IMG/VR virus record: IMGVR_UViG_3300027659_000009
Span: 64,001-128,000 of that record
Origin: a virus
DNA length: 64,000 nt
Strand: one strand, 5' to 3'
The first letter of the stretch is position 1, and each line of letters opens with the position of its first letter. Both the position numbers and the translations under genes were made by a program. The notes under the pieces were generated by a model. That model was not told the origin of the DNA. It searched no databases and saw only the letters and a program-made list of their open reading frames with translations. Below are positions 1-9,609 of this stretch, piece after piece.

Positions 1-2
1 GT

Positions 3-788
3 ATATTATTTTTCTACAATGACGTTTGGGTTATGGCAACTAGAGGTTCCTTCACTTCTGATCAGGCGGTTAAAGGATTTGAGATGTTGAAGAACTATGA
101 CTATGAGAAACTACATAAAGATTATACATATCTGTTTGAGATAATATATGATGAGAATCGTATTGTGGTAAAATACTCATTCGAAGATTTAGTATTACTT
201 GGGGTTATTGAAACCAAAACTGGTTATGAAGTTGATTTATGTGGTGTAGAAAACGATATCAGATTAAAAAATTTAATAACTAATATTGGTTTTAAGGTAG
301 TAAAACAATATGATGGCATAAAAGACTATTCATTATTGAAGGGAATGATAGGGGATGATGAAGAAGGTTTCGTTGTTCAGTTCTCTAACGGTGATAGGAT
401 GAAAGTTAAGGGTGAGGAGTACCTTCGTCTACATAAGATAATGACTAACGTATCTACCACTGCGATATGGGAAATGGTGAGTGAGGGTAAAGATGTGTTG
501 GAGTTATTAAAAGATGTTCCAGATGAATTCTACGATAAAATTAAATTATATGTTAGTTCTTTAAACTATGGGTATTACCAATACTGGAATCAATTAGGTA
601 AAACATATGATTACTTTAGGTTTGGTAAATATGGTGTCATAGAAGTGGAACCGACTAAGAAAGAGTTTGCGGAATTCATTAAAGATAATCATCCAGTTGC
701 GAAGGCAATTATGTTTGCGATGTGGGATGGAAAAGACTATGATAAAATTATTTGGAAAGCACTCAAACCAGAATTTAAAAAGTTATGA
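3..788 (+). CDS. RNA ligase, T4 Rnl1-like (5' end outside the window)
   Basis: Motifs ATRGSF, FEII, EGFVV, RMKVK. The frame is open from base 3 (ILFFYNDVWVM), so the true start and the KxDG motif lie upstream. Confidence 0.85.
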   Translation: MLFFYNDVWVMATRGSFTSDQAVKGFEMLKNYDYEKLHKDYTYLFEIIYDENRIVVKYSFEDLVLLGVIETKTGYEVDLCGVENDIRLKNLITNIGFKVVKQYDGIKDYSLLKGMIGDDEEGFVVQFSNGDRMKVKGEEYLRLHKIMTNVSTTAIWEMVSEGKDVLELLKDVPDEFYDKIKLYVSSLNYGYYQYWNQLGKTYDYFRFGKYGVIEVEPTKKEFAEFIKDNHPVAKAIMFAMWDGKDYDKIIWKALKPEFKKL

Positions 789-1435
789 TAGATAATATAG
801 AATTAATTAAACCATTATTAAATTTCACAGAAAAGGGTGACTTTTATATGTTATATGTGTTTAAAAGAAAAAAAGATCAACCAGAAGGTGAGAGAGATAA
901 CCACCAATCAGTTAGAACTATTAAAACTTATTGTATTGATTCGATAGAACATTTAGAAAGAAGATATGATGAGGTAAAACAATTATGTGAGATGTTTAAG
1001 GCTAGGGCATACATTCATGTTCAGAAACAAAACCATAAAGATGTTTCTTTAAATATGTTGACAATACTTGCGGAACGTATTAGAGACGGTGTGTCTAATC
1101 AGAAAGGTTTGTTTGACTCTGTTGTTGGACAAATAAAAACAATGGAGAAAAGATGGATCATCGATGTGGATGATATGATGCAAGCCAGTCCCATAATGAT
1201 GGCATATATTGAATATGAATGTACACCAATTACTAAAGTTAAATTTGACGAGGCTGGATTTCCGATTGGTTATGAAGTTGGACCAAAGATTGAGACAATA
1301 ATTCCTACAAAGAATGGACACCATTTAATCACAAAAAAATTCGATGTAAATAAGTTTAAAGATAAGTATCCTGACGTAGACGTACAAAAAAAGAACCCTA
1401 CATTACTTTTTTTACCTGAAAGTTTGTCTAATTAA
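785..1435 (+). CDS. AEP-superfamily (primase/polymerase-like) protein in RNA-repair cluster
   Basis: WIIDVDD (DxD) and PTKNGHHLI (GxH) match AEP motifs I and II; ATGA overlap with the ligase. Confidence 0.55.
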   Translation: MIDNIELIKPLLNFTEKGDFYMLYVFKRKKDQPEGERDNHQSVRTIKTYCIDSIEHLERRYDEVKQLCEMFKARAYIHVQKQNHKDVSLNMLTILAERIRDGVSNQKGLFDSVVGQIKTMEKRWIIDVDDMMQASPIMMAYIEYECTPITKVKFDEAGFPIGYEVGPKIETIIPTKNGHHLITKKFDVNKFKDKYPDVDVQKKNPTLLFLPESLSN

Positions 1436-1454
1436 TAAATTTTTAATATATTTG
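1423..1454 (+). promoter_or_regulatory. Bacteroidota housekeeping-type promoter
   Basis: TTTG-N20-TATATTTG just upstream of the ATG at 1459. Confidence 0.7.
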
Positions 1455-1458
1455 TAAA

Positions 1459-2115
1459 ATGAAATTAGTTTTAGAAAAAGATCAACGACTATACTTTACG
1501 AGTGATACACATTATAATCACGCAAATATTTGTACTGCAACTACAACTTGGGTTGGCGCGGAAAACCTAACCCGTAAGTTTAATACACTTAACCATATGA
1601 ATGATACATTGGTTAACAGTATTAATGAGGTGGTTGGTGAAAATGATGTCTTAATACATTTAGGGGATTGGAGTTTTGGTGGGTTTGAAAAAATTTCTGA
1701 ATTCCGTAATCGTATTATTTGTAAGAACATTCATTTAACCTATGGTAATCACGATCACCATATTCGTAATAATAAGGAAGACATACAGGAGATATTCTCT
1801 ACCACACAAGATTATTTATTTTTAGATATTCGTCGCCCATCTATTGTTGGTAAAGGTGTTATGGATAAATACTCTTTTGTATGTATGCATTATCCTATTG
1901 CATCTTGGGACAGTATGAATGATGGTACGATACATTTACACGGTCACGTTCATTTACCACCTAATTTACGATTGGGAGAGGGTAAATCATTAGATGTAGG
2001 TGTTGATGGTAATAACTTACACCCTATGACTTTAGATGAGGTATTATCGATTGTAAAAAATCAACCGATTAGAAAATTATCCCTACCAAAGGATCATCAC
2101 GAAAAAAGAATTTAA
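1459..2115 (+). CDS. Calcineurin-like metallophosphoesterase
   Basis: SDTHYNH, LGDW, GNHD, MHYP and HGHVH motifs. Confidence 0.9.
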   Translation: MKLVLEKDQRLYFTSDTHYNHANICTATTTWVGAENLTRKFNTLNHMNDTLVNSINEVVGENDVLIHLGDWSFGGFEKISEFRNRIICKNIHLTYGNHDHHIRNNKEDIQEIFSTTQDYLFLDIRRPSIVGKGVMDKYSFVCMHYPIASWDSMNDGTIHLHGHVHLPPNLRLGEGKSLDVGVDGNNLHPMTLDEVLSIVKNQPIRKLSLPKDHHEKRI

Positions 2116-2130
2116 TTTAAATTAATATAT

Positions 2131-2313
2131 ATGAGTGGAGAAAATAGTCATAGAGGAATTGGAATCGGGACGATTCTTTTCCTTATTTTTATGGTTTTAA
2201 AATTGACAAACCATATCGATTGGAGTTGGTGGTGGATCACAAGTCCTCTATGGATACCAGTTTCACTTCTAATTTTATTTTTAGTGATAGGGTATATAGT
2301 TTTAAAACGATGA
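2131..2313 (+). CDS. Small two-TM membrane protein (IDWSWWW family)
   Basis: Two hydrophobic segments around the IDWSWWWITSPLW motif common in phage ORFs. Confidence 0.7.
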   Translation: MSGENSHRGIGIGTILFLIFMVLKLTNHIDWSWWWITSPLWIPVSLLILFLVIGYIVLKR

Positions 2314-2732
2314 GTGAAAAAGTTCTATACATTGTAAGAGGAGTACCTGGTTCAGGTAAATCTACATTCGCTAAAAGATTAGTGGGAGACGATTTCTTAG
2401 TTTGTGAGGCAGACAAATATTTTGTCGATAAAGAGACTGGAGAATATAATTTTGATTTTACTAAAATCAAAGATGCACATAAATTCTGTCAAGATACAGT
2501 TGAAACTTATATGAAGGATTCATTGGTTAATGATAACTTCTACAGAGAGATTGCAGTCTCAAATACATTCACACAGGAATGGGAAATGGATCGTTATTAT
2601 GAATTGGCAAAACAATATGGGTATAAAGTGTTCTCAATAATCGTAGAGAATAGACACAAAGGTATAAATGAACACGGTGTACCTGAAGACAAAATTCAGA
2701 TAATGAAAGATAGATTTGAAATAAGTCTATAA
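2310..2732 (+). CDS. P-loop polynucleotide kinase-like (AAA_33/N4BP2-like)
   Basis: GVPGSGKST Walker A, EADKYF, SNTFTQEWE, HGVP. Start moved to the ATGA overlap at 2310. Confidence 0.85.
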   Translation: MSEKVLYIVRGVPGSGKSTFAKRLVGDDFLVCEADKYFVDKETGEYNFDFTKIKDAHKFCQDTVETYMKDSLVNDNFYREIAVSNTFTQEWEMDRYYELAKQYGYKVFSIIVENRHKGINEHGVPEDKIQIMKDRFEISL

Positions 2733-2781
2733 AATACTTTACTATGTGGTGGAGTGTTATATAATTAAATAAAAAAATATT

Positions 2782-3207
2782 ATGAGTAAAGTTGAACTAA
2801 ATAAGAATGTAACAGTCCATTACACAGGAAGATTAGAGGACGGAACAGTATTCGATTCTTCACTAGATGAAGGAAGAGAACCATTAAGAACTATTTTAGG
2901 ACAAGGTAATTTAATTCCTGGTTTTGAAAAAGGTATTTTAGATAAGAGTGTTGGTGATAAAGTCACTGTAGAGATCGAACCATCTGATGCGTATGGGGAA
3001 TACTTAGATGGTTTAGTAACCACTTTAGAGAAAGGTAGATTCCCTATGGGTGTCAGCGTCGGTGACGTTTTACAATCTGAAAGTGAAAGAGGTACTATGG
3101 TGGTAACTGTTACTGAAATTACGGATGATAGTGTCACTATTGATGCTAACCATCCTATGGCAGGTAAAAAATTAATATTTGATATTGAGATTCTTAACGT
3201 AGATTAA
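2782..3207 (+). CDS. slyD: FKBP-type peptidyl-prolyl isomerase (SlyD/FkpB-like, no His tail)
   Basis: VHYTGRLEDGTVFDSS, LIPGFE, AYGE, DANHPMAGKKLIF. Confidence 0.9.
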   Translation: MSKVELNKNVTVHYTGRLEDGTVFDSSLDEGREPLRTILGQGNLIPGFEKGILDKSVGDKVTVEIEPSDAYGEYLDGLVTTLEKGRFPMGVSVGDVLQSESERGTMVVTVTEITDDSVTIDANHPMAGKKLIFDIEILNVD

Positions 3208-3273
3208 TTTTTTTTAGGGTATTGACATTGTAGATTTTTTTCATTAATATTATAAAAAATAAATATATACATT

Positions 3274-3474
3274 ATGAAAAACGTTAAAAAAGTGTCTGTA
3301 AAGGCAGTTAAAAACAGAGAAGAGGAATTACTTTCTCTATTCGGGCCCTCTAAAACAAATGTCCCTACAGAATCATTAAGTTACATCAGAAAAAATCCTA
3401 AAAGATTTGTTCAGAAAATCACTGAAATTTATGGACTTAATTCTGTAGTTAAGTGGGTCGGAGAGAAAGCCTAA
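3274..3474 (+). CDS. Hypothetical protein
   Basis: Intact ORF between a TTGACATTGT promoter-like site and a terminator. Confidence 0.6.
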   Translation: MKNVKKVSVKAVKNREEELLSLFGPSKTNVPTESLSYIRKNPKRFVQKITEIYGLNSVVKWVGEKA

Positions 3475-3492
3475 TTCTCTAAAATTTTTATT

Positions 3493-3524
3493 TAAAGGGG
3501 GGGTACAAATTGTATTCCCCCTTT
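3493..3524 (+). terminator. Hairpin terminator
   Basis: AAAGGGGG...CCCCCTTT inverted repeat. Confidence 0.6.
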
Positions 3525-3561
3525 ATATTTATATAATAATAAAAAGATAAAAAATAAAAAA

Positions 3562-3852
3562 ATGAATTTAGAAGAAATTTTGAAATCTGACAAACCAGTT
3601 TTGGTGGATTTTTGGGCGGCTTGGTGTGGTCCTTGTAAAATGATGAACCCTGTGATTGAACAAGTTAAGAGTAATAATGAAAACTTAGAAGTTGTTAAAG
3701 TTAATGTGGATGAAGAAAGAGATTTGGCGGTTAAATACCAAATAAGAAGTATCCCTACATTAGTACTATTTAAAGAAGGTGTACCAGTATGGAGAAATAG
3801 TGGTGTACTTACCGAACAAAAAATAAGTGATAAGATAAAAGAAGTACTTTAA
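3562..3852 (+). CDS. trxA: Thioredoxin
   Basis: VLVDFWAAWCGPCK and IRSIPTL; TATTTAT at 3526. Confidence 0.95.
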   Translation: MNLEEILKSDKPVLVDFWAAWCGPCKMMNPVIEQVKSNNENLEVVKVNVDEERDLAVKYQIRSIPTLVLFKEGVPVWRNSGVLTEQKISDKIKEVL

Positions 3853-3855
3853 AAT

Positions 3856-3880
3856 AAAACCCACATCAGTGGGTTTTTTT
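3856..3880 (+). terminator. Rho-independent terminator
   Basis: AAAACCCAC-ATCA-GTGGGTTTT followed by a T run. Confidence 0.8.
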
Positions 3881-3952
3881 ATTTTATAGAATATTTATAG
3901 ATATATAACAATAATAAAGTTTTTTTGTGTGAGAAAATTAATACAAAAAATT

Positions 3953-4243
3953 ATGAAAATTTTTAAAGACATTCTAACAGAAAATGGAATGTTCTCTCAA
4001 AGTAGAATTTATTTATTATGGGCTATTATTGCATACTATGTTACATTAGGTGTATTAATGGTTGCTGGTATGAATAAGACTACTCAGTTAGACATTGTAA
4101 AATTTAAAATTATTATTGATGCACTTGAATATGCAATGGTTCTTTTTGCAGGTTACACCTTTGGTGGTAAATTCTTAGGGGTTATTAAAACTATAGGTAC
4201 ACATAGAAAAGACGATAAAAAAGAAGAAGTAGAAAGTAACTAA
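3953..4243 (+). CDS. Two-TM membrane protein, holin-like topology
   Basis: Two hydrophobic helices and a charged C-tail; TATTTAT at 3892; ATG 3953 preferred over GTG 3929. Confidence 0.5.
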   Translation: MKIFKDILTENGMFSQSRIYLLWAIIAYYVTLGVLMVAGMNKTTQLDIVKFKIIIDALEYAMVLFAGYTFGGKFLGVIKTIGTHRKDDKKEEVESN

Positions 4244-4244
4244 A

Positions 4245-4859
4245 ATGAAGATTAGGTTAACAGAAAGTCAATATAAAAGATTACTAAATGAAGATGATAA
4301 GTCATTTTTAGATGGCGATGTGGATTTTACTAACATAGATAACAAAGTTACACCTGTCATTGCAAAAATATTTATGGTTTTGAAAAATAAACACTTTGAA
4401 CCTAGTAGTGAATACCTCAAACTAAAAATACCTTTAGAATCTCCATACTTTGTAAAAATTGCTGAAGAAATAAGAACCTTAACGGGGTACGAAAATGATG
4501 AAGTTATGTTGTTAACGCACAACTATAGTACTATTTTAACGGAAGTTATTAAAAATTCGGAAGATTGGAAGTCTTTGGTAGGGTTACCTTTAGAATACTA
4601 TGGTAAGATGAATCTACCTACTTCAGTAAACTGGACTGGATACTTAAGTGGTTGGGGTGATGGTACAGTATCGGCTTATGCCACTAATTACGATGATTTC
4701 CAAAGAAAGATTGAGGACGGTGAAGTTGTGATAGATTATGATAATAGTGAAATAGAATATGACAGTGGTGATATACAATGGGAAAGAAATTACGACGCTG
4801 ACTACGATAATTTAAGTGATATAGAAATCGATTTAAATAATATTTCTTTTAACGGATAA
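4245..4859 (+). CDS. Class A leader protein with acidic C-terminal domain
   Basis: Starts MKIRLTESQYKRLLNE; paralog of 4861. Confidence 0.75.
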   Translation: MKIRLTESQYKRLLNEDDKSFLDGDVDFTNIDNKVTPVIAKIFMVLKNKHFEPSSEYLKLKIPLESPYFVKIAEEIRTLTGYENDEVMLLTHNYSTILTEVIKNSEDWKSLVGLPLEYYGKMNLPTSVNWTGYLSGWGDGTVSAYATNYDDFQRKIEDGEVVIDYDNSEIEYDSGDIQWERNYDADYDNLSDIEIDLNNISFNG

Positions 4860-4860
4860 T

Positions 4861-5433
4861 ATGAAAATAAAATTGACAGAAACTCAATACAATAGATTAC
4901 TTACTGAAGATAAAAACTACGGTAGGTTAGGTGATACCTTCCAACAATATATGGTTAGGGTATTTAAATTGTTAGGTAAGAAAAACTCATCTGATGAGGA
5001 AATAAAAAAAACAATTATAGAGGATTTAGGTTTGTCTGATCATGAAACTAAAATACTTTTATATAACTATAAAAATAAATTCTTACCTATACCTATTTCA
5101 GAGTATGATAGTTTAATAGGAGAACCAATAGATTTTGTTGGTACATATAAAATTGCAGTTGATATGCCAACAGTAGTATCTTGTAGAACATATATTGCTG
5201 GGTTTGTTGAAGTTACTGCCAATTCAAAAGAAGAAGCAATAAATAAGGTAGAAAATGGTATTTATGAAAGAATGTATTTAGATTCGAATTCTCTTGATTT
5301 TATGAATCCTGATTTAGATTATGATTTACCTTCAGACGCAGAAATAATGGAGGAGATGACATTAGATAATTTTAGAGATGTAGATTGGAGTGATGAAGAT
5401 GAGGTTGAGTCGAGAGTAAATTTAAAAATATGA
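4861..5433 (+). CDS. Class A leader protein, paralog of 4245
   Basis: Starts MKIKLTETQYNRLLTE; shares SL[IV]GxP[IL] motif with 4245. Confidence 0.75.
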   Translation: MKIKLTETQYNRLLTEDKNYGRLGDTFQQYMVRVFKLLGKKNSSDEEIKKTIIEDLGLSDHETKILLYNYKNKFLPIPISEYDSLIGEPIDFVGTYKIAVDMPTVVSCRTYIAGFVEVTANSKEEAINKVENGIYERMYLDSNSLDFMNPDLDYDLPSDAEIMEEMTLDNFRDVDWSDEDEVESRVNLKI

Positions 5434-5852
5434 AAATAATAATAACTGAAAGTCAATATAAAAAAGTTTTACTAAGAGAATTTGGTGAAACCGTTGATGA
5501 CCCTAAGAGATGGTATAAGATGATACTTAAGTGGGTAGATAATAATCCTAAGAGACTTAGTTTTGATAGTAAGGAATATGAAACTATTGCCTACGATGAT
5601 AAAGGTATATACTTAGGTTATTACGATAAAGAAGGTAACTACGGTTTTGTTGTTACAGAATATGGTATAGGTTTAGATGACTATACTGAAGAAATATTAG
5701 ATGAGGTAGATGCGGCTGGAGGAGATGCACCTGCTGGTGGTTCTTCTACTGTTTGGCCTCTTGCCGATGTTGGTAGAGGACCTGCGAACCCTATAGATAA
5801 CACACCGTGGGGTGTAAGTCCGACTAGAGGGCCCGCAAATCAATTAACGTAA
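5430..5852 (+). CDS. Class A leader protein with RGPAN repeat tail
   Basis: Starts MKIIITESQYKKVLLRE; tail has W..RGPANP / W..RGPANQ after an LDE site. Confidence 0.75.
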   Translation: MKIIITESQYKKVLLREFGETVDDPKRWYKMILKWVDNNPKRLSFDSKEYETIAYDDKGIYLGYYDKEGNYGFVVTEYGIGLDDYTEEILDEVDAAGGDAPAGGSSTVWPLADVGRGPANPIDNTPWGVSPTRGPANQLT

Positions 5853-5859
5853 TTAAACG

Positions 5860-5964
5860 TTATTTACCGTTATTATTTTGTGTGTTCGGTTGTGTAGTGG
5901 TTTGAGTACTACTTTGAGTCACTGGTTTCGCAACTGGTTTTTTGCTTTTACATCCGCATCCCAT
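5860..5964 (-). CDS. 34-aa microprotein MGCGCKSKKPVAKP... (not in ORF track)
   Basis: Translated by hand; minus-strand TATTTAT at 5998-6004. Confidence 0.7.
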   Translation of the reverse strand: MGCGCKSKKPVAKPVTQSSTQTTTQPNTQNNNGK

Positions 5965-6044
5965 AATTTCTAATGTTTTTTGTAGTGTTATTATATTATA
6001 AATATCCTCTATTTTTTTTAATTGTAAACATTTTTCAATAAAAA

Positions 6045-6076
6045 TTTGGTAGTTTGAGAAACATTACCTATATTTG
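6045..6076 (+). promoter_or_regulatory. Bacteroidota housekeeping-type promoter
   Basis: TTTG-N20-TATATTTG. Confidence 0.75.
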
Positions 6077-6091
6077 TAGAAAATATAACAT

Positions 6092-7087
6092 ATGAATTTA
6101 GATTTTTTGAAAGAAGTTTTGTCCTTACCATCGATATCAGGTGATGAAAGTATGGTTAGAGATTACATTATAGAATATGCAAAAACTAACGGTATAGAGT
6201 ATTACACCGATAAAAAAGGTAATCTCTATCTCACTAAGGGTATGTTAGATTCTACGGACGAATATTTCCCTTGTGTTGTTTCCCATATGGACACCGTACA
6301 CAGATCACATAGAAACCTAATTGAAAATAAAGTTAGGTTAACCATCAAAGAAGATAATTTAGGTTGGTTAACTGCTCACCATCCAGAAACGGATAAACAA
6401 ACTGGTATTGGTGGTGATGATAAATGTGGTGTCTATGTTTGTTTAGAGTTATTCAATAACTTTGATAAATTAAAGGGTGCCTTTTTTGTTGAGGAAGAAA
6501 TAGGTATGTTAGGTTCTAAAGAATCGGATGATAGATTCTTTGAGAATGTGGGATACGCAATTCAATTCGACGCACCCTCATCCAATTGGATTACAGAAGT
6601 TTGTAGTGGGGTAAAATTGTTCGATGAAGATTTCAAAACTGAGATTAAAGGTGTGTTGAATGAATCAGGTTACAATAAATTTAGTATCGATCCATTTACG
6701 GATGTTAATCAGTTGGCTAAAAAATATGACTTTAACTGTTTGAATTTAGGTTGTGGTTATTACAGACAACACAGTGATTCCGAATATGTGGTTATGAGTG
6801 AGGTTGGGGATTCTTTAAAGGCAGGTGTGGAACTAATTAACAAATTAGGTGTTACTAAGTATGTTCACAAAAAAACTGTGGTGAAACCAATTGTGAATGA
6901 GACATATAAAAACGGATTGTCTTCACAGTTTGATGAGTTTGATGAAGATCCATTTGTAGATGAGTTTGATGAGATAGGTGCTGAGGTTACTGAAATGGTT
7001 ATAACTATGTTCATTGGTGGTATTGGTGAGAAAGATATTTGTGAAGAAGTTTCAAAATATCTAAGAGACTATTACACTAATTATTAA
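6092..7087 (+). CDS. Zn-dependent peptidase, M20/M28/M42 clan
   Basis: SHMDTV, GGDDKCG, EEEIG, QFD and a C-terminal His. Confidence 0.85.
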   Translation: MNLDFLKEVLSLPSISGDESMVRDYIIEYAKTNGIEYYTDKKGNLYLTKGMLDSTDEYFPCVVSHMDTVHRSHRNLIENKVRLTIKEDNLGWLTAHHPETDKQTGIGGDDKCGVYVCLELFNNFDKLKGAFFVEEEIGMLGSKESDDRFFENVGYAIQFDAPSSNWITEVCSGVKLFDEDFKTEIKGVLNESGYNKFSIDPFTDVNQLAKKYDFNCLNLGCGYYRQHSDSEYVVMSEVGDSLKAGVELINKLGVTKYVHKKTVVKPIVNETYKNGLSSQFDEFDEDPFVDEFDEIGAEVTEMVITMFIGGIGEKDICEEVSKYLRDYYTNY

Positions 7088-7091
7088 TATT

Positions 7092-7277
7092 ATGTTTAAT
7101 TTTGATTTTGATGAATTAGATAGAAACCAAATTAGAACATTTGCATTAATTGCAGTTTTAGTTTTTTTTATTATTGTTGCAATACTTTTGATTTTCCCAA
7201 TAATTTTTTATATAATTGTATTCTTAGGTATAGTAATACCATCTTATTTCCTTTATAAAAACTATAAAAATAAATAA
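7092..7277 (+). CDS. Small membrane protein
   Basis: Long hydrophobic hairpin. Confidence 0.65.
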   Translation: MFNFDFDELDRNQIRTFALIAVLVFFIIVAILLIFPIIFYIIVFLGIVIPSYFLYKNYKNK

Positions 7278-7278
7278 T

Positions 7279-9354
7279 ATGAATAGTGACATCTTAAAAG
7301 AAAAAAACATTGTAGATAGAATCCTTAATGATTTATCTAAGTACGGTGAAATTCCTAATAAAGGATTTTTATCTGGTGGTGCAGTTGCTAATACACTAAT
7401 GGGTTATGTATGGGACGGAGAATACCCTATCAATGATTTAGATATTTTTATTGACGATACTGATAATATGGTATTCCGTAACGTAACTACACCATTAAGA
7501 TCAAATAATTTAATCATTGAGGGTGATGGTTATATGGTTACTAAATTATCTTATGATCACGGAAGTAACTATCAAATAGTATCTGTGGAAAGAGAAGGTT
7601 TTTTGAATACAATTTTTATAAGTTCAGTTCAACAAAAAGTTGGATATGCTTTTATCCTTAACGGATTCGATTTTAATTGTTGTCAAGTTGGGATTGATTT
7701 AGAAAATAACACTATATGTTATACGGACTCTTTTGAGAATTTTCTTAATAACAAACAATTAGAGGTTACTGCAATTTATACTCCTGCACACACTGCCATT
7801 AGATTGTTTAAAAAATTAGATGAACTTAAATGTTTTTGTAATGTTGAGGAGTCTATGAATTTGTTATCCCAACCGTTATTGATGGAAAACCTAATCAATC
7901 TAAGTCCTAGACATTTTGGTTTATATTTTAGTACAAAGTATAAAGAAATGTATTTCACATACTATAGTAAAATAAAAGAATATTTTAAATTAACTAAATT
8001 CTTTGAACATAAGAAAAGTATGTGGAATTTAAGAAACGGTGTTAGTCAGATTGAGAACTCTAATCATGTGGCTAATTGGTTGAACCCAAATGTAAATATA
8101 CCTACAGAGGTATTAAGTATGTGGGCTAAGAACAACGATATAATGTGGACACTCACACCCAAAAAATATGTTGATTTAGATTTAGAAATCAGAAAAGTTT
8201 TATTCGGTGTTAGTTTTAACCCATTAACATTTATGAACGCCTATAATATAGTTAAAGGTAAAACTAATAAAAAGTTAAAGGCTAAGGCAGAGAAAGTGGT
8301 TATGGGTGATTACTACCTATGTAAGGTTATTTCTTTGGTAGATAATAATTTCTATAACTGTGATTTTGATTCTTCACACGTTAAAGAATTGGAATCTTTT
8401 ATGGATAAGGATAGGTGGGTAGTACCATATATTGCAAAGAATAGATTAAACCTACAAGAATCATTAATTTTAAGTAGAGAGATTAAACGGGTTTACAACA
8501 ACGAAGGTGAGTGGGTTTCAGAATTAGTTTCGAACTACCTAAATACCGTTAATAAGTTCTATAAAGTTACATATGAAAGTATTGTTGAGGGCATTAGGAA
8601 AGATAAAGAAAAATTCAGTCACAACCTTTTTGAACCATTAGATTTTAGCGATTTACCTTTACCTAAAGGTGTAAAAATAAAAGAGTTGATTACTGAGTTA
8701 GATTTACAATGGGCGAGTAAAAAACTAAAAAATTGTATGAACAATCCCGGACAAAATTATAAAGGTTCAATAGAGGGTGGTAATACTAAACTCTTTGTAA
8801 TTATAACACCAAACAATATGTCAGGTTTAGAACTAAGGTTAGTCGAAGACTCAGTTTTTAAAGAAACACAATTATTGTCATATTGTAATAGAGTGAGTAG
8901 TGAATATCATAAAATAATTTCTACTATTTTTACAAATTACCTCAATATGTTACATTTGAAAAAAACTTATGAAAGTAAGATTAATAATTTTGTGACTATT
9001 GATATGATGAATAGAGGTATTCTCGTTAATGTAAAAGATGAAGACACCTCAAAAAATAGTAAGTTGTTTGGTTTGGTGGATGAATTTGATGGGTTTGGAG
9101 AACCAGTACCAATGGATCAACCTGTAATGGAACAGGAACCAGTATATAATGTAACACCTGTTATGGTACGTGATCATCAAAATGGATTTCGTAGAAGGAT
9201 ACGTAATCAAAATAATACAGTTATATTAGGGGAAATACAGGATCATTTAACAGCGGAAATAAATCGTATTGGACAAACTTTAGATACAGATAATGAAGTA
9301 AGTGATAATGAGGTAGATGGGTATGATTACGATTATCCGGATCACAGGGCTTAG
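7279..9354 (+). CDS. Nucleotidyltransferase (CCA/polyA-polymerase head-like) fused to a PcfJ-like domain
   Basis: LSGGAVAN..NDLDIF and FDFNCCQVG at the N-terminus; ELITELDL..KKLKNCM..Y and QLLSYCN near the C-terminus. Confidence 0.6.
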   Translation: MNSDILKEKNIVDRILNDLSKYGEIPNKGFLSGGAVANTLMGYVWDGEYPINDLDIFIDDTDNMVFRNVTTPLRSNNLIIEGDGYMVTKLSYDHGSNYQIVSVEREGFLNTIFISSVQQKVGYAFILNGFDFNCCQVGIDLENNTICYTDSFENFLNNKQLEVTAIYTPAHTAIRLFKKLDELKCFCNVEESMNLLSQPLLMENLINLSPRHFGLYFSTKYKEMYFTYYSKIKEYFKLTKFFEHKKSMWNLRNGVSQIENSNHVANWLNPNVNIPTEVLSMWAKNNDIMWTLTPKKYVDLDLEIRKVLFGVSFNPLTFMNAYNIVKGKTNKKLKAKAEKVVMGDYYLCKVISLVDNNFYNCDFDSSHVKELESFMDKDRWVVPYIAKNRLNLQESLILSREIKRVYNNEGEWVSELVSNYLNTVNKFYKVTYESIVEGIRKDKEKFSHNLFEPLDFSDLPLPKGVKIKELITELDLQWASKKLKNCMNNPGQNYKGSIEGGNTKLFVIITPNNMSGLELRLVEDSVFKETQLLSYCNRVSSEYHKIISTIFTNYLNMLHLKKTYESKINNFVTIDMMNRGILVNVKDEDTSKNSKLFGLVDEFDGFGEPVPMDQPVMEQEPVYNVTPVMVRDHQNGFRRRIRNQNNTVILGEIQDHLTAEINRIGQTLDTDNEVSDNEVDGYDYDYPDHRA

Positions 9355-9420
9355 AAATTTATATATAAAATGTATCAATAATCCCATACTCTCCGATATT
9401 TATTATTAAAATATGGGGAG

Positions 9421-9609
9421 ATGGGAACTAACGAAAAAAAGGGGTGTGTTCTATTCTATCTTGGTAAAACCAAAGAGGAAGAACTTATGTTAAATTTCGA
9501 TCGAATTTATGACAACCACAAATTTTTGGCATTAAAAAAGGGATTCTTAGGTGAAATTAAATTCGTAGAATCCCTTGAAACTATATACATTTACGTTAAA
9601 ATATCTTAA
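9421..9609 (+). CDS. Hypothetical protein
   Basis: TATTTAT at 9397; ends convergently with ferritin. Confidence 0.5.
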   Translation: MGTNEKKGCVLFYLGKTKEEELMLNFDRIYDNHKFLALKKGFLGEIKFVESLETIYIYVKIS

